Below, one piece after another: positions 13,690 to 27,315 of a DNA stretch of 64,000 nt. The stretch's first letter is position 1. Every line of letters begins with the position of its first letter. The position numbers and the translations under genes are program-made. The stretch is from the human T2T-CHM13v2.0 reference genome, Homo sapiens, in NCBI RefSeq assembly GCF_009914755.1, contig NC_060931.1. One strand, written 5' to 3'. Below the pieces are notes generated by a model, which did not search any database, was not told the DNA's origin, and saw only the letters and a program-made list of their open reading frames with translations.

Positions 13690-14945
13690 TATAAAGACTT
13701 TATTTTTAGAATACTTTAAGGTTCAAAGCGAAATATGAAGGAAGGTACAGAGAATTCTCATATATCCCCTGCCCCCCACATGCAGAGCCTCCCCCACTAT
13801 GGACAACCTTCACCAGAGTAGTACCTTTGTTACAATTGATAACCACAGTGATACATCATCACACAAAGTCCATAATTTACATTAGAGTTTACACCCGCTG
13901 TTTTAAATTTTATGGATTTGGGCAAATGTGTAATGACATATATCATAGAGAATATTTTCACTGACCTAAAAATGCTCTGTGCTCTGCCTATTCATCCCTC
14001 CCTTCCTCCAACCCCTGGAAACCATTGATTAATTCACTGTCTCCATAAATTTGCCTTTCCAGAATGTCATATAGTTGGAATAGCACATGTAGCCTTTTCA
14101 GATTGGCTTATTTGACTTAGTAATATGCATTTAACTTTCACCCATGCTTTTTAAGGCTTGACAGCTCATTTATTTTCAGCATAATATCCCATTGTATAGG
14201 CACACAACAGTTTATGTATCCATTCACCTTCTGAAAGACATCTTGGTCAATTCTGAGTTTTGGCAATTATGAATACAGCTGCTATAAACATTTGTGTGAA
14301 GGTATTTGTGTGGGAATAAATTTTCAGCTCCTTTGGATAAATACCAAAGAGTGTGATAGCAAAATCGTATGGTAAGACTTTGTTTAGTTTTTAAACAAAC
14401 AAACAAATAAACAAAAAAGCCAAAATGTTTTCCATAGTGGCTGTACAATTTTGCATTCTTATCAGCAATAAATGAGAGTTCCTGTTGCTCCACATTCTCT
14501 TCAACATTGGGTGTTGTCAGTGTTATGGATTTTGGCCATTCTAATAGGAATGCAGTGGTATTTTATTATTGTTTTAGTTTGCATTTTTCTGATGACATAT
14601 GGAATGGAACACCTTTTAAATGTGCTTATTTGCCATCTGCATATCTTCTTTGGTGAGATGTCTATTAATGTATTTGGCCAATTTTTTAATTGTGTTGTTC
14701 GTTTTATTACTACTGAGACTTAAGATTTCTATTTGGATAACAGTTCTTTATCAGATATGTCTTTTGCAAATATATTCTCCCACTCTGTGTCTTGTCTCCA
14801 TTTACTTGACAGTGTCACAAAGCAGAAATTTTATATTTTAATTACATCTGGCTTGTCAATTCTTTTTCTTTCCCCTATGGATCATGCCTTTGGGATTGTA
14901 TCTACAGAGTTGTCACCAAACCCAAGATTACCTAGATTTTATTTG
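13690..14945 (-). mobile_element. L1MC-type LINE-1 3' region
   Basis: taaagactttatttttaga...gaaggtacagagaattctcata (L1MC-like 3' end) and antisense ORF2 C-terminal motifs (atgagagttcctgttgctccaca). Confidence 0.85.
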
Positions 14946-15891
14946 TGACATGAATTTTCACCATCATATGTTATGGTGTTAAAAGACTGTGTGATAACAT
15001 CCTTTCTGTTGAATAACTGCATGGAGATTACGTATTAATTTTTCATTCTTGGAAATATATTATGGTTTACTCATTGATTATTGAATTTGAGAAAATTCAT
15101 CTAGAATATTCTTTCTGATGACCTATAGTCTGAAATTTCACTAACATAATGAGTTTTACTGTTATCACTAGTATCTTAAGTGCTACTATACATCTCTTTG
15201 CATTCACACTTTGATTCATATAATAATTAAGGATATCATTCTTTTTGCCATTTTGGTAGAATTCTTTATAAAAATTCTGACTTCTGATGTTTGTTTAATG
15301 CTATTTTAAAGAAGGCTACAAGATCATGCTATTAGACTATTTTATAACTTCCTGAAAAATGATAAAATTGTACAACTCACTAAAAAACTGAAAGATGATG
15401 TAATATTGATAATTTATATTACCACTGCATTATTCTAGTGATTTAATTTCATTTTTATTTTATTCTCTCTTAGGTGTTGCTTGAAATAATTTATGATTAA
15501 CATTCTAAGGTGATTCAAAGCAAAATATGTCAAGATACAGGTAAAATAAGATTCCTAAGCTCTTGTAAAGTACATTAGATTCAAAAACTGTCGAATCAAC
15601 TCATGTTAAAAATATCTTTTATTTAAAGTCAACTAATTTTAGATATTAATTATATCAATAAAATACTTTCATGACTTTATTTGAAACATGAAATATTATA
15701 TTTTATGTTAAATATAATGTGATGTTTTTCCTTCTCTATCTTTGAATGATCATAAGAAAAAAATATAATGACATAGCAATCCTTACAAAGAGTTGAACTA
15801 CTCAAAAATATGCTCAAAATCTAAACTTGGATTCAAAGCATGTTATGTCTGCTGTTACACCATGGATTACTCCATTAAGAAATGACAATAA

Positions 15892-17200
<1,309 letters not shown>

Positions 17201-17574
17201 TTTAAAACCTAAAGTTAGCTCTTTTTGTCACTTATTGAATAAAATTATCCCCACTTCTGCATCATTAAGTTTCTCTTAAAAGCTTTTAATTGAACTATTG
17301 CTTAAATGCCTCCTCAGTTTTATATTTTATTAGTTAGAAGTCTAATTATTAACATTACCCATTGTATGTGTGACATATTATTGCAAGTGACAGTATTACC
17401 AAAAGCATGACTCACTGTATTGCAGCCTTCAATGGTGATTAGTTTGTTGTCTTTTACGGGGTCTCTAAAACAATGCCAATGTCATGCACTTTGATTTTTT
17501 TATGTTTGTTTTTTGTTTTGTTTTGTTTTGCTTTGCTTTTTTGTTTGCAGCAGCACCTACTTATGAGTCAGAAG

Positions 17575-17888
17575 AGGCCAGGTTATGGCATGGCAACGAC
17601 AACAAAATAACACAGTCTCTCAGTAGTGATATACATACACAAAGGGCTACTTCTTACTCTCCCCAGATCTAGGGAACAGCTCGCTCCAAAACCCATGCTG
17701 CAAAGACAGCCAAGCTTCAAAAAGTTGCTTGTCATTAAGGTACATTGACAATGGTCTAGGAGGTGGCTTGATCTGGAACTGACACAGGAACTCCTGCTCA
17801 TATTTCATTGGCTAGAATGCATTACATTCCCATCAAGCTCCAGTGGGTAGGAAACAACACATGCTGTCATCCTTCATGACCACCACAG
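17575..17888 (-). mobile_element. Old MLT1-type LTR
   Basis: ggttatggca...aacaacaaaataacac...ctgctcatatttcattggctagaa motifs. Confidence 0.5.
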
Positions 17889-18339
17889 AACGCAAATCTA
17901 GGATCTTGGATCCTGAGTGAATAGAGTATTTCATGAAGGAAATAAATGGTCCCTGTAAATAATAGAAGAACACGTAAAAGATTCCATGTCAAGCCAAAGA
18001 CCATGGTTACACTCCAGACCACCACATCTGAGCAGTGTTTCCTCATTGATAAAAGGGAAATCAGTGAGCCTTAGATACAGAAGCTAACAAGCAATCAAGC
18101 ACATAATTAGTTTAAGTGTAGGGTGCAGTGCTTGACAGAACAAGTTTTCAATGAATATATGAAGTATTAATATTATCCAGCTCAGTTTTAAAACAGAAAT
18201 GAATATATCCATGGTTTTCTTAATATAGTTGAGGTACCAGTGAAATGGAAAGAATTCTCAGAAGTAACAATGAGAATAATTTTTCTAGTCCTTTCTCAAG
18301 CACAAGTATTCTGAAAATATTCTTGTAACAGATTACCAA

Positions 18340-18641
18340 TTTTTTTTTTTTTTTTTTTTGAGACGGAGTCTCGCTCTTTCCCCCAGGCCGGACTGCAGTG
18401 GTGCGATCTTGGCTCACTGCTACCTCCGTCTCCCCGGGTTCACGTCATTCTCCTGCCTCAGCCTCCCGAGTAGCTGGGACTACAGGCGCCCGCCACCGCG
18501 CCTGGCTAATTTTTTGTATTTTTAGCAGAGACGGGGTTTCACCATGTTAGCCAGGATGGTCTCAATCTCCTGACCTCGTGATCCGCCCGCCTCAGCCTCC
18601 CAAAGTGCTGGGATTATAGGCGTGAGCCACCGTGCCAGGCC
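18340..18641 (-). mobile_element. AluY-lineage element
   Basis: Full-length Alu with variants ccggactgcagtgg and ccaccgcgcc. TSD taccaatt. Confidence 0.95.
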
Positions 18642-19036
18642 TACCAATTATTTATCTAAAATCTTGAAAGGAAAATATGCAATCTCATTTTTTTAATCTG
18701 AATTAGGCATCTCACTCTAAAAATTTCTCCCTTTGTATTTGTTGGGTCTCAGTAGAGAAAACTAGTTTGATGGAGGAAAATTATTAACACTTATATATAG
18801 ATGGCACCTTGAAGTTTACATTTTAAAAACACACATATACATTTAAACCATATAACTGTAAAGAAGAAAGTTATTATTTTACTTAAATAAATATAATAAA
18901 CTGTGCCCAAAGTTACAGCGAGCCTCAGATGCAGATTCCTCATAGCCTGTTTGTATGATAATTGCCAACCCCAGTATGACCTCAACTTCAACATCCACAA
19001 ACAGACCTAGAAGTCCCCCTTCCCTTGACCTTCTGC

Positions 19037-19470
19037 ACTAGTTTGGGTTCTCAGAATCAGGGACCAAGACATGTTTGACATGCAAGAGATTTACTGGGAG
19101 AAATACCTGTGAAAGATAAAGGAGGAAAAGAGGCAGTGTTAGGGGAAACTTCAGATTCGACACAGGTCTGGCAACTGTGAACAGATTCGACACAGGTCTG
19201 ACACAGGGAGAAAAGCGGGGGATCAGGAAGGAAGAGTTTCAGACTGCAGTGAGGTTCTAAGAATGGGGAGTCCTGGAGCTGAAGGGACTGTGCGGGTCCC
19301 ACAGCCCTCACATGGGTCAGCAGGAGCAACTCTTTCCCCACCCCATGCTCACTGCTCTGCCAGGAGCAGCCAGGGCAGGATAACACAGCAGAGAATTGAG
19401 ATGGGTAGCTCTGAGCTGTCATTCAAATACACTCCTCAGAGCAGCATATTTCTCTGGCTGCAAAACCCAC
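19037..19470 (-). mobile_element. ERVL LTR, LTR16-like
   Basis: tagtttgggttctcagaa...tgcaagagatttactggga...atacctgtgaaagataaagg pattern. Family assignment from recall. Confidence 0.55.
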
Positions 19471-19599
19471 TGAAATCCCTTTCTGCATTGCTTAATTTAA
19501 GCAATTATTTAATAAATTATTTATTTATTTATTATTTAAGCAATAATTTAAGCAAGTTGCTGACTTCACAGTACACTAAGAGCCATGTTATAAGCTTTG

Positions 19600-20190
19600 G
19601 ATTTTGTGCTTGAATGTGCCCATCCTGCACTATTCATGTAGGACCTTGAATTCATCCCTCCATTAACACTGTACCCAGTGCTCGAGGTTCAAGTGATTCC
19701 ATTGGTTGCTTGCACTATTGCAACAGCCTGCTCATTAATTCTATAGCATTTATTATCTCCAAACATCTTTGGTGATAGCCCTCATCAAACAAGTCAGAAA
19801 AATTCTAAAGCATTTCCTGAAGTTTTCATTATTTTCTTCCACTATACCTTACCTAGTCTTGCTAATTCTTCTCCTATACCTATTTCATCTTTTACAGAGT
19901 TTTGATTTCTGGTTTACACATAATCTCTTCTAAAATATAGCACTGGCAGTTTAGTTACCCTCAATGCTTGCAGGTTCATCCAGCTAACCCATCCCTAACA
20001 CTGACGCCAGAGTCACTTAACTGAAATACAGATCATACTCTTTCCTCACTCATTCCCGTTGCTTCCACAGGGCGCATAAGACAAAAGTCACTCCTTAGCC
20101 TATCATTCAATTTCCTTCACATTTTTATTTGGCCAACTGTTTTCAGTCTCATCTCTCACCATTTATTACATCTCCACTATGTTCTAGCCC
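19600..20190 (+). mobile_element. L2 fragments
   Basis: gcttgcactattgcaacagcctgct and gccagagtcacttaactgaaatacagatcat motifs typical of the L2 3' region. Confidence 0.5.
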
Positions 20191-20194
20191 AAGA

Positions 20195-20728
20195 TCAGAT
20201 GCCCATCCTAGGCAGATGGGCACTGTAGATGAGGGAGCACACAGTATGAGTGGTAGTGTGAAAAATGTCTCTCCACCAAGAGAAACCAAGCTCAAGTTTT
20301 AAAAACCTATTGCTTGTGAGCCAAATGCAGCACGGAACTCTGGTGCCCACAAAGATGGCAAGCTGGCTGTTGCTGTGGTGCCAGAATCCATTGAAGAAAC
20401 CAGAGATTCTGGTGGGGACAATGAATTCCGTGAACCAATGAACATTCTTGAGAGATGAGGAATTAAAGGTGTCCTTGATCTCAGGGATGAAGATGGTGAA
20501 GTAAAAGGCAACCTGGAGCAGCACTGAGAGATTCAACACAAGGAAAGTCGAATAACATTCACTCTTGTCCTTCCGCAATGTCACAAGGAGAAAATCATTG
20601 TCTGATCTTTCCTTGTGGAAATCTGTAGAGTGGCTGAACACTGGGGTGTTCCTGTCCCAAGAGAACCATCAGGCCTTCTGAGAAACGTGAGGATGGATGA
20701 AGTGTTGATAAAGATGGGCCTGACCTGA
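20195..20728. pseudogene. Unidentified coding-like segment (possible decayed retrocopy or TE internal fragment)
   Basis: Longest ORF in the window (148 aa, minus). The in-register plus frame runs 171 codons (20216-20728) with four internal stops, three of them TGA. Parent not recognised. Confidence 0.3.
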
Positions 20729-21056
20729 CTTTCTGCCTTATACCATTCCTCTACTCATGTTCCCTACACCAATAAACAGTTGGTTCACAACAGATAGAGA
20801 TCGACTTTAGCTCCTGCTGTTTTACCTTAAAAACAACTTAAAGTGGACAGTTTCACAAAAGGATGGCATGCCACATTGATAGCAAGGACAGCAATTAACA
20901 CATCCTTTCCTTAAATTGAAGAATTTTTAAATGGCTAGGTACTGGTCATTGGCCCTTGCTGCTTACATATTGTAAGACTGTGTGGTGATAAAAAGGGAAG
21001 TATGAACATACCAAAATAGCTAGATGATTAAGAGATAGGACTGCTTTAAAAGATTA

Positions 21057-21387
<331 letters not shown>

Positions 21388-21789
21388 TTAAATGAAAATA
21401 TATTGAAAGGAAAAGGAATTTTTAATATAATAACAATACATAAGAAGATGGATGATTTAGGTGATATATATAAAACTGAGATCATCAAAATAGCTGTCTA
21501 TTTCAGACACGAAAAGTAAAATATTTGTACAAAATGTTATAAGTGCTATAAATAGATGGATATAACTGATAAAAATAGGAATTAGGGATAGTAGTTTATG
21601 AATCTATAACAGAAGACAACATAAAATTATAAAAACAATAAAAAATAGAAAACTGGTATTTTTAAATATAAAGGTATGGATTAATATTTATAATATCTAA
21701 ACATTTTAAAAGTGTTAATATCTATGTAATAAAATCCTGGAGGGAGGAAAATAATAAAATTGAAAGGAGAAAATGTTTGAACAATCTTA

Positions 21790-22040
21790 TGGCATGTGAT
21801 TTTTTTTAGATTGGCTTTATGCAATAAATGTAATGCATGTGAAACCCATTTAAGTTGCTATGTATATCAATAGTTTGCTCTTTTTAACAACTGAGTAGTA
21901 TTCCATTGTATGAAATGTATTATAGTTAATCTTTTTACCTCTGAAGGACACTTTGGCTATATCTAGTTTTTGGCAATTACAAATGTAATGCCTATAAACA
22001 TGTGTGTGTACATTTTTTTATGTGAACGTATGTTTTCAAA
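21790..22040 (-). mobile_element. L1M 3' fragment
   Basis: ctgagtagtattccattgtatg...tctagtttttggcaattacaaat motifs. Confidence 0.65.
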
Positions 22041-23792
22041 TAGCAGCCATAGAAGATCAATAATGACATTTTAAATAACATTACAAATCAACATCTTTAG
22101 GAATCTAAGAAATTTTGTATGTATAACCAACAAAATTAACATAAGGAATAAAATGTTTTCATAATTATTTTATGAAGCCTACTTTTGCACAGAGATTGAA
22201 GAGTTATTTGTGAGAATTTTAGAAAATTTATGTTCTCATTACTATCTCTTTGAATTTTACTGTAACTATTCTCTTTGTAAATGAGTTTGAAACTTCGTAC
22301 TTTAAAACTCTAAAGAAAAAGCACATAAAGTGGTTTTGTTGGGTATAGGTATATTTTTAAATATCCTTTAGTTTCTGGATGGTTTCTTTATGAGAAATAA
22401 AAGGAATCGAATCAGAATTATTTTCATATTTGGGTTTTGTTTTCTTGTTCTCCTAAGTAAGAACCTTTTCATTACGTCTGTTGGTTTCCTCAAATTATTC
22501 TTAATAGTTGTGTCATTATCTGGATGTTTTATTTTACAGCTATTTTCCTGACAGAAAGAATTGGAACATTTCCAGGTTTTTAATACTGTGAGTTCTCTGT
22601 GGTTTGAGTTGGATAGGAGAAGTTACCTTGTGTTAGTTATAATTACTATAATAAACTGAAGCCACACATATCTGCCCACACGTGACCCAGCTGTCTTCAT
22701 AAAGTACTGGCAGCAATGAGATGCTTTTGATAGTACTGAACATGTGGGCTCATCAGAAGAACCAGCTAGGAGAAATTGAGCCTGGAATCCCACAGGAACA
22801 ATCTTATGGGAAGGTGAAAGTGGTTCCACAGACATCAAAATTAGTCCAAAGGAATTTTATTATATACATGAGCTGAAGACAGAGAAATTTTTAAGTGTAA
22901 AAACCCTCAGAAAAAGGCTTTGGTGAAAAAGATCCTCAACAAATAAAATAATTTTTCAAAATACAACACTTTGACTTGCTATATCTCTTTACGCATTATT
23001 TTTAAAAACTGAGTGATGATGATAACTGTGGCTATCAATTATTTCATACAGATGTAGAATCGGTTCTTTGCTGTTCTAGGTTTTTTTTTTTTCTCTTTTC
23101 TTCTCTCTTCTTTTTTCCTTTCCTCTTCTCTTCTTTTTTCTTGCCCTTTTATTTAACAAAACTGAAACATATTTTGGAGTCACATTGAAGCATTTGAATG
23201 ACATGTACGTAATCCAGTACCTGTGCCTAAGGATTGAGGACTTGCAGTGTCTAAGTTCAAATATGAGCCCTGCAACAGTGAAGATCACATCTTGAAAAAG
23301 TGAATTCAAAGCCATATATAACAGGCTTGAGATATGTTGCATAAAACCAAAATTTACAGCCATATTTGATTCATTATTATATTCTTCTAATTTATATGAC
23401 TGTTTCAAAATCCTTCCTATAAACATCAAAACACGTATAATTTGCATGGCAATTATTAAATAGTTTATACAAAAGGAAGCAGGTTTTCAAGGCCAAGCAA
23501 AGTTTTGTTTGCAGCCATAACAGATTTTGTACACGTGTGAATATTTATTATAGTATCTCAGCATGATAATTGTGTTTGACAGTCACTGGCTTTTGGATTG
23601 CACAATAGCGTGGAAATCAGTTCAGACTGTAAAATTTGTGCTGAAGTCCTACTTACTACATATGTTAAGGTCAAAGTAGCTGCTAATGTTATACTTCTCC
23701 AAGCAATTCTTGGGAACAAACATTTCACCAGTTAACCTAGCACATCATTTTTGACATATTCTTTGCAAAACTGATTCAATGAACAGAAAGTG

Positions 23793-25005
23793 TCGACACT
23801 TGAAAGCCTTTCCTCTAAGATCAGGAACAAAACAAGGGTGCCCACTCTTACTAATTATATTCTACATAATACTGGGAATCCTAGCCAGAGTAATTAGACA
23901 CAGAAAAGAAATAAAAGGCATCCATATATAGAAGCAAGAAGTTAAATTATCTCTGCTTTCAGATGACAAGATCTTATACACAGAAAACACTAAAGACTCC
24001 ACCAAAATCTGTTAGAATAAATAAATGAATTCAGTAAAGTTAAAGAATACAAAATCAATGTACAAAAATCACCAGTGTTTCTGTACAATAACAATGAACT
24101 GACAGAAAAAGAAATCAAGAAAACAATTCCATTTATAGTAATTACCAAAATAAATAAATAAGAATATATTTATAACCAAGAGGTTGAAATATCTGCATAT
24201 TGAAAACTATAAAAAATGTTGAAATAAATGGAAGAAGATACAAATTAATGGAAAAATATCCAGTGTTCATGGATCAGAAGAATAATATTGTTAAAATGTC
24301 AATACTACCCAAAGCAGTCTACCGAGTCAAGGCAATCCTACCATAATTCCATGACATTTTTCACAAAAATATTAAAAACAATCCTAAAATTCATATGAAA
24401 CCACAAAAGACCCAAATAGCCAAAGCAATCTTGAGCAAAAAGAACAAAGCTGGAAGCATTACAGTATCTGTTCCCAAAATACACAATGAAGCTACAATAA
24501 TTAAAACACCACCGTCCTGGCATAAAAACAGATACATAGAAAAATGGAAAAGAGTGGAAAACCTGGTACTAAATGTATACATCTTTTTGGCAATTGATTT
24601 TTGACAAACATGCCAAGCACACACTATGGAAAAAGGGCAGTCTTTTCTGTAGAAGGTTGGGTAAACTTGATATCCACATGCAAAAAAAATGAAATTAGAC
24701 CCTTATCTCACACCATACATAAAAATCAACTAAAAACGAATTAAAGACTTAAACAAGAGATCAGAAATTGTAAAACTATTAGGAAAATACAGGAGATAAT
24801 CTCCAGGGCAATGGTCTGTGCAATAATTTATTGGATATGACTCAAAAAGCACAGGCAACAAAAGCAAAATTAGACAAATGGGATCACATCAAACTAAAAA
24901 GCTTCTGAACAGCAAAGAAAATCAACAGAATAAAGAGAAAGCCTATGGAATTGAAGGAAATATTCACAAAACACACATCTGAAAAGGGTATAATATCCAA
25001 AATAT
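23793..25005 (+). mobile_element. L1MA-type LINE-1 ORF2 fragment (decayed)
   Basis: tgaaagcctttcctctaagatcaggaacaaaacaagg... The ORF track gives L1 ORF2 peptide IAKAILSKKNKAGSIT. Confidence 0.92.
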
Positions 25006-25131
25006 GATACATATGTATATGTGTATATATATACACATATATATACATATACATATATACATATACATATATATGTGTGTATATATATACACTTTTATAT
25101 ATGTGTGTGTATATATAAATATATATATATA
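25006..25131. repeat. TA/CA/TG-rich compound microsatellite
   Basis: Direct reading. Confidence 0.95.
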
Positions 25132-25409
25132 TTTTTTGAGACAGAATTTTGCTTTCGTTGCCCAGGCTGCAGGGCAATGGCACGATCTCGGCTCACCACA
25201 ACCTCCGCCTCCCAAGTTCAAGCAATTCTCCTGCCTCAGCCTCCTGAGTAGCTGGGATTACAGGCATGCCATCACACCTGGCTAATTTTGTATTTTAAGT
25301 AGAGATGGGGTTTCTCCATGTTGGTCAAGCTGGTCTTGAACTCCTGACCTCAGGTGATCCACCCTCCTCAAAGTGTTGGGATTACAGGCATTAGCCACTG
25401 CGCCCTGCC
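25132..25409 (-). mobile_element. AluSp-like element
   Basis: gcaatggcacgatctcggctcacc and tttctccatgttggtcaag diagnostics. Short internal deletion near ccctcc|tcaaagtg. Confidence 0.9.
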
Positions 25410-25482
25410 AGTGTCTACATATTTTTAAACATCATACTCTACACCATAAATATATCCAATTTTTATTTGTCAAGTAAAAAGG
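25410..25482 (+). mobile_element. L1MA-like extreme 3' end
   Basis: aaacatcatactctacaccataaatatatccaatttttatttgtcaagtaaaaa. Confidence 0.7.
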
Positions 25483-25851
25483 GAATAATAATAATAAGTA
25501 AATATCAACACTAATATTGTAGACATACACCACTTTTAGATCACAGGTATCAACCAGTTGTGTAGTTTGAATATCTCTCCATCCACATCACACGCCACTG
25601 GAGGGCGTCTGTCTGTTCCAGGGTCATGAAAGCCTCTGGTTCTAGCCTAATTAAGCCTTGGTAACACTTGCCAGCACCATTTGGCCAGAGATTCCTGATT
25701 TCACTCTGTTCTACTTTACTACTTAATCTTCATTTCCCTGGCTCTGTGTTTTTCTTTTTATCCACTGAAGTAGTAGTAGTATATCCTTAGCTAGTGCTTT
25801 ATTTCATAACTCCATGACTTATGTTGACCATTATGACAGGGAACGGTGTAG

Positions 25852-25973
25852 TATAAAATTATCAAAATTACCACTACTAATAATAAAATTGGAACTCATA
25901 AGAAATTTTAAAATTATTCCATGAAAGACACTGAGAAGAATATTAAAGGACATTTTATAGACTAAAGAGACAA
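25852..25973 (+). repeat. Dispersed direct copy of 27980-28095 (L1-derived)
   Basis: Hand alignment gives ~8 substitutions plus one 6-bp indel. Confidence 0.9.
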
Positions 25974-26369
25974 ATCAAATTCTTTTCTCCAGAGGCACAG
26001 CCAATTATAAGTTGTGCTTGTTCCCAAGGCCAGTTTCCCTTACCCTCTGAAGCATGCTCACCCTGCCAGGAGTCAAGTATTTTGAACCATATGTCTTGTC
26101 CTTCTACTCTCCGTGGATCCTCCACATCTCATCATACAAACCACCCACATTAGATGACTTAAAAGAAGGCCCCTGATTGAAAATAGCTCTAAACCTTGTG
26201 AGGGAGGAAAAGGTGAAAGAACTGCAGGGAAAAAATCCTTCTCCCATTTATCAGTAATAGAGAGAACAAGGGGCAGTGATATCAGAAAAACAAATCTTAG
26301 GAAGTATTTCTAGGAATATGATAGAATGAGGAAGAATCACTAACATACTATTCTTCCTATCCTCACCAA

Positions 26370-27315
26370 GAGTTGTTATAGGCTGTCTTTATTATTATGC
26401 CCATTCCAGTGTGTGAAGTGTTATGTGATTGTGGTTTTAATTTCATATCTCTAATGACTAACGATGTTGACCGTCTTTTTATCTCTTTATCAGTTATTTC
26501 TATGTTATATCTGGTGCAATGTGTATTCAGAAATTTATGTCCTTTTTAAAATTGGGTCTTTTTTTTCTTCTTACTGATTTGCAATGGCTTTTTTATATAT
26601 TCCAGATGGAAATCTTTATCAGATATTTGATTTTCTGTCTGTAGGTTATCTTTTTTTTAGTTATATTTTTGATATATAAATAATTTTAATTTTGACAATG
26701 TCTAATTTATCATTGCTTCTTTTATAGGTTGTGTTTTGTGTTTTGTATCTGAAAACTCCTCTCTTAGGATCTCAAAGATGTTCTCCAGTGTTGTTGTTGT
26801 TTTTTTTTTTTTTTTCTAAAGGTTTTGTAGTTTTAGTTCTAGGCTTTAGGTTCTATGATTCATGATAAGTTCATTTTCCTGCACAGTGTTATGAACAGAT
26901 CTAATTAATGTTTTTCTAATTTCCTTTGGGATGTCTTCTTTGACCCATGAGCTATCAAAAAATGACTTGCTCCATATTTAAATATTTGGGAGATTCTGTA
27001 TGTTTCTTTTTGTTGTTTGTTCCTAAATTAATTCTATTGTGATTAGATATCATATTTTTATGATTTCAATCTTAAAATGACTTGCTTCATATTCAAATAT
27101 TTGGGAGATTCTGTATGTTTCTTTTTGTTGTTTGTTCCTAAATTAATTCTATTGTGATTAGATATCATATTTTTATGATTTCAATCTTAAAATGACTTGC
27201 TTCATATTCAAATATTTGGGAGATTCTGTATGTTTCTTTTTGTTGTTTGTTCCTAAATTAATTCTATTGTGATTAGATATCATATTTTTATGATTTCAAT
27301 CTTAAAATTTATTGA
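26370..27315 (-). mobile_element. L1M fragments, antisense (3' ORF2 piece, then an ORF2 N-terminal piece)
   Basis: gtggttttaatttcatatctctaatgact (antisense 3' ORF2) and tcttctttgacccatgag...aatatttgggagattc (antisense early ORF2). Confidence 0.75.
26959..27308. repeat. Tandem repeat, 3 x 115 bp
   Basis: aatgacttgc recurs at 26961, 27076 and 27191. Copies 2 and 3 are identical; copy 1 differs at 2 positions. Confidence 0.97.

Noticed and set aside
17500-17672. Splice acceptor tttgtttgcag plus a 62-aa ORF
   Set aside because: The pyrimidine tract is a (TTTTG)n simple repeat, downstream sequence is MLT1-like, and I identified no convincing donor.
19487-19558. AT-rich palindromic patch (attgcttaa-t-ttaagcaat plus repeated tttaagcaa)
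   Set aside because: Arms are only 9 bp in low-complexity sequence; likely slippage noise.
26959-27308. CRISPR-like array
   Set aside because: Head-to-tail units with no unique spacers, L1-derived, in eukaryotic context.
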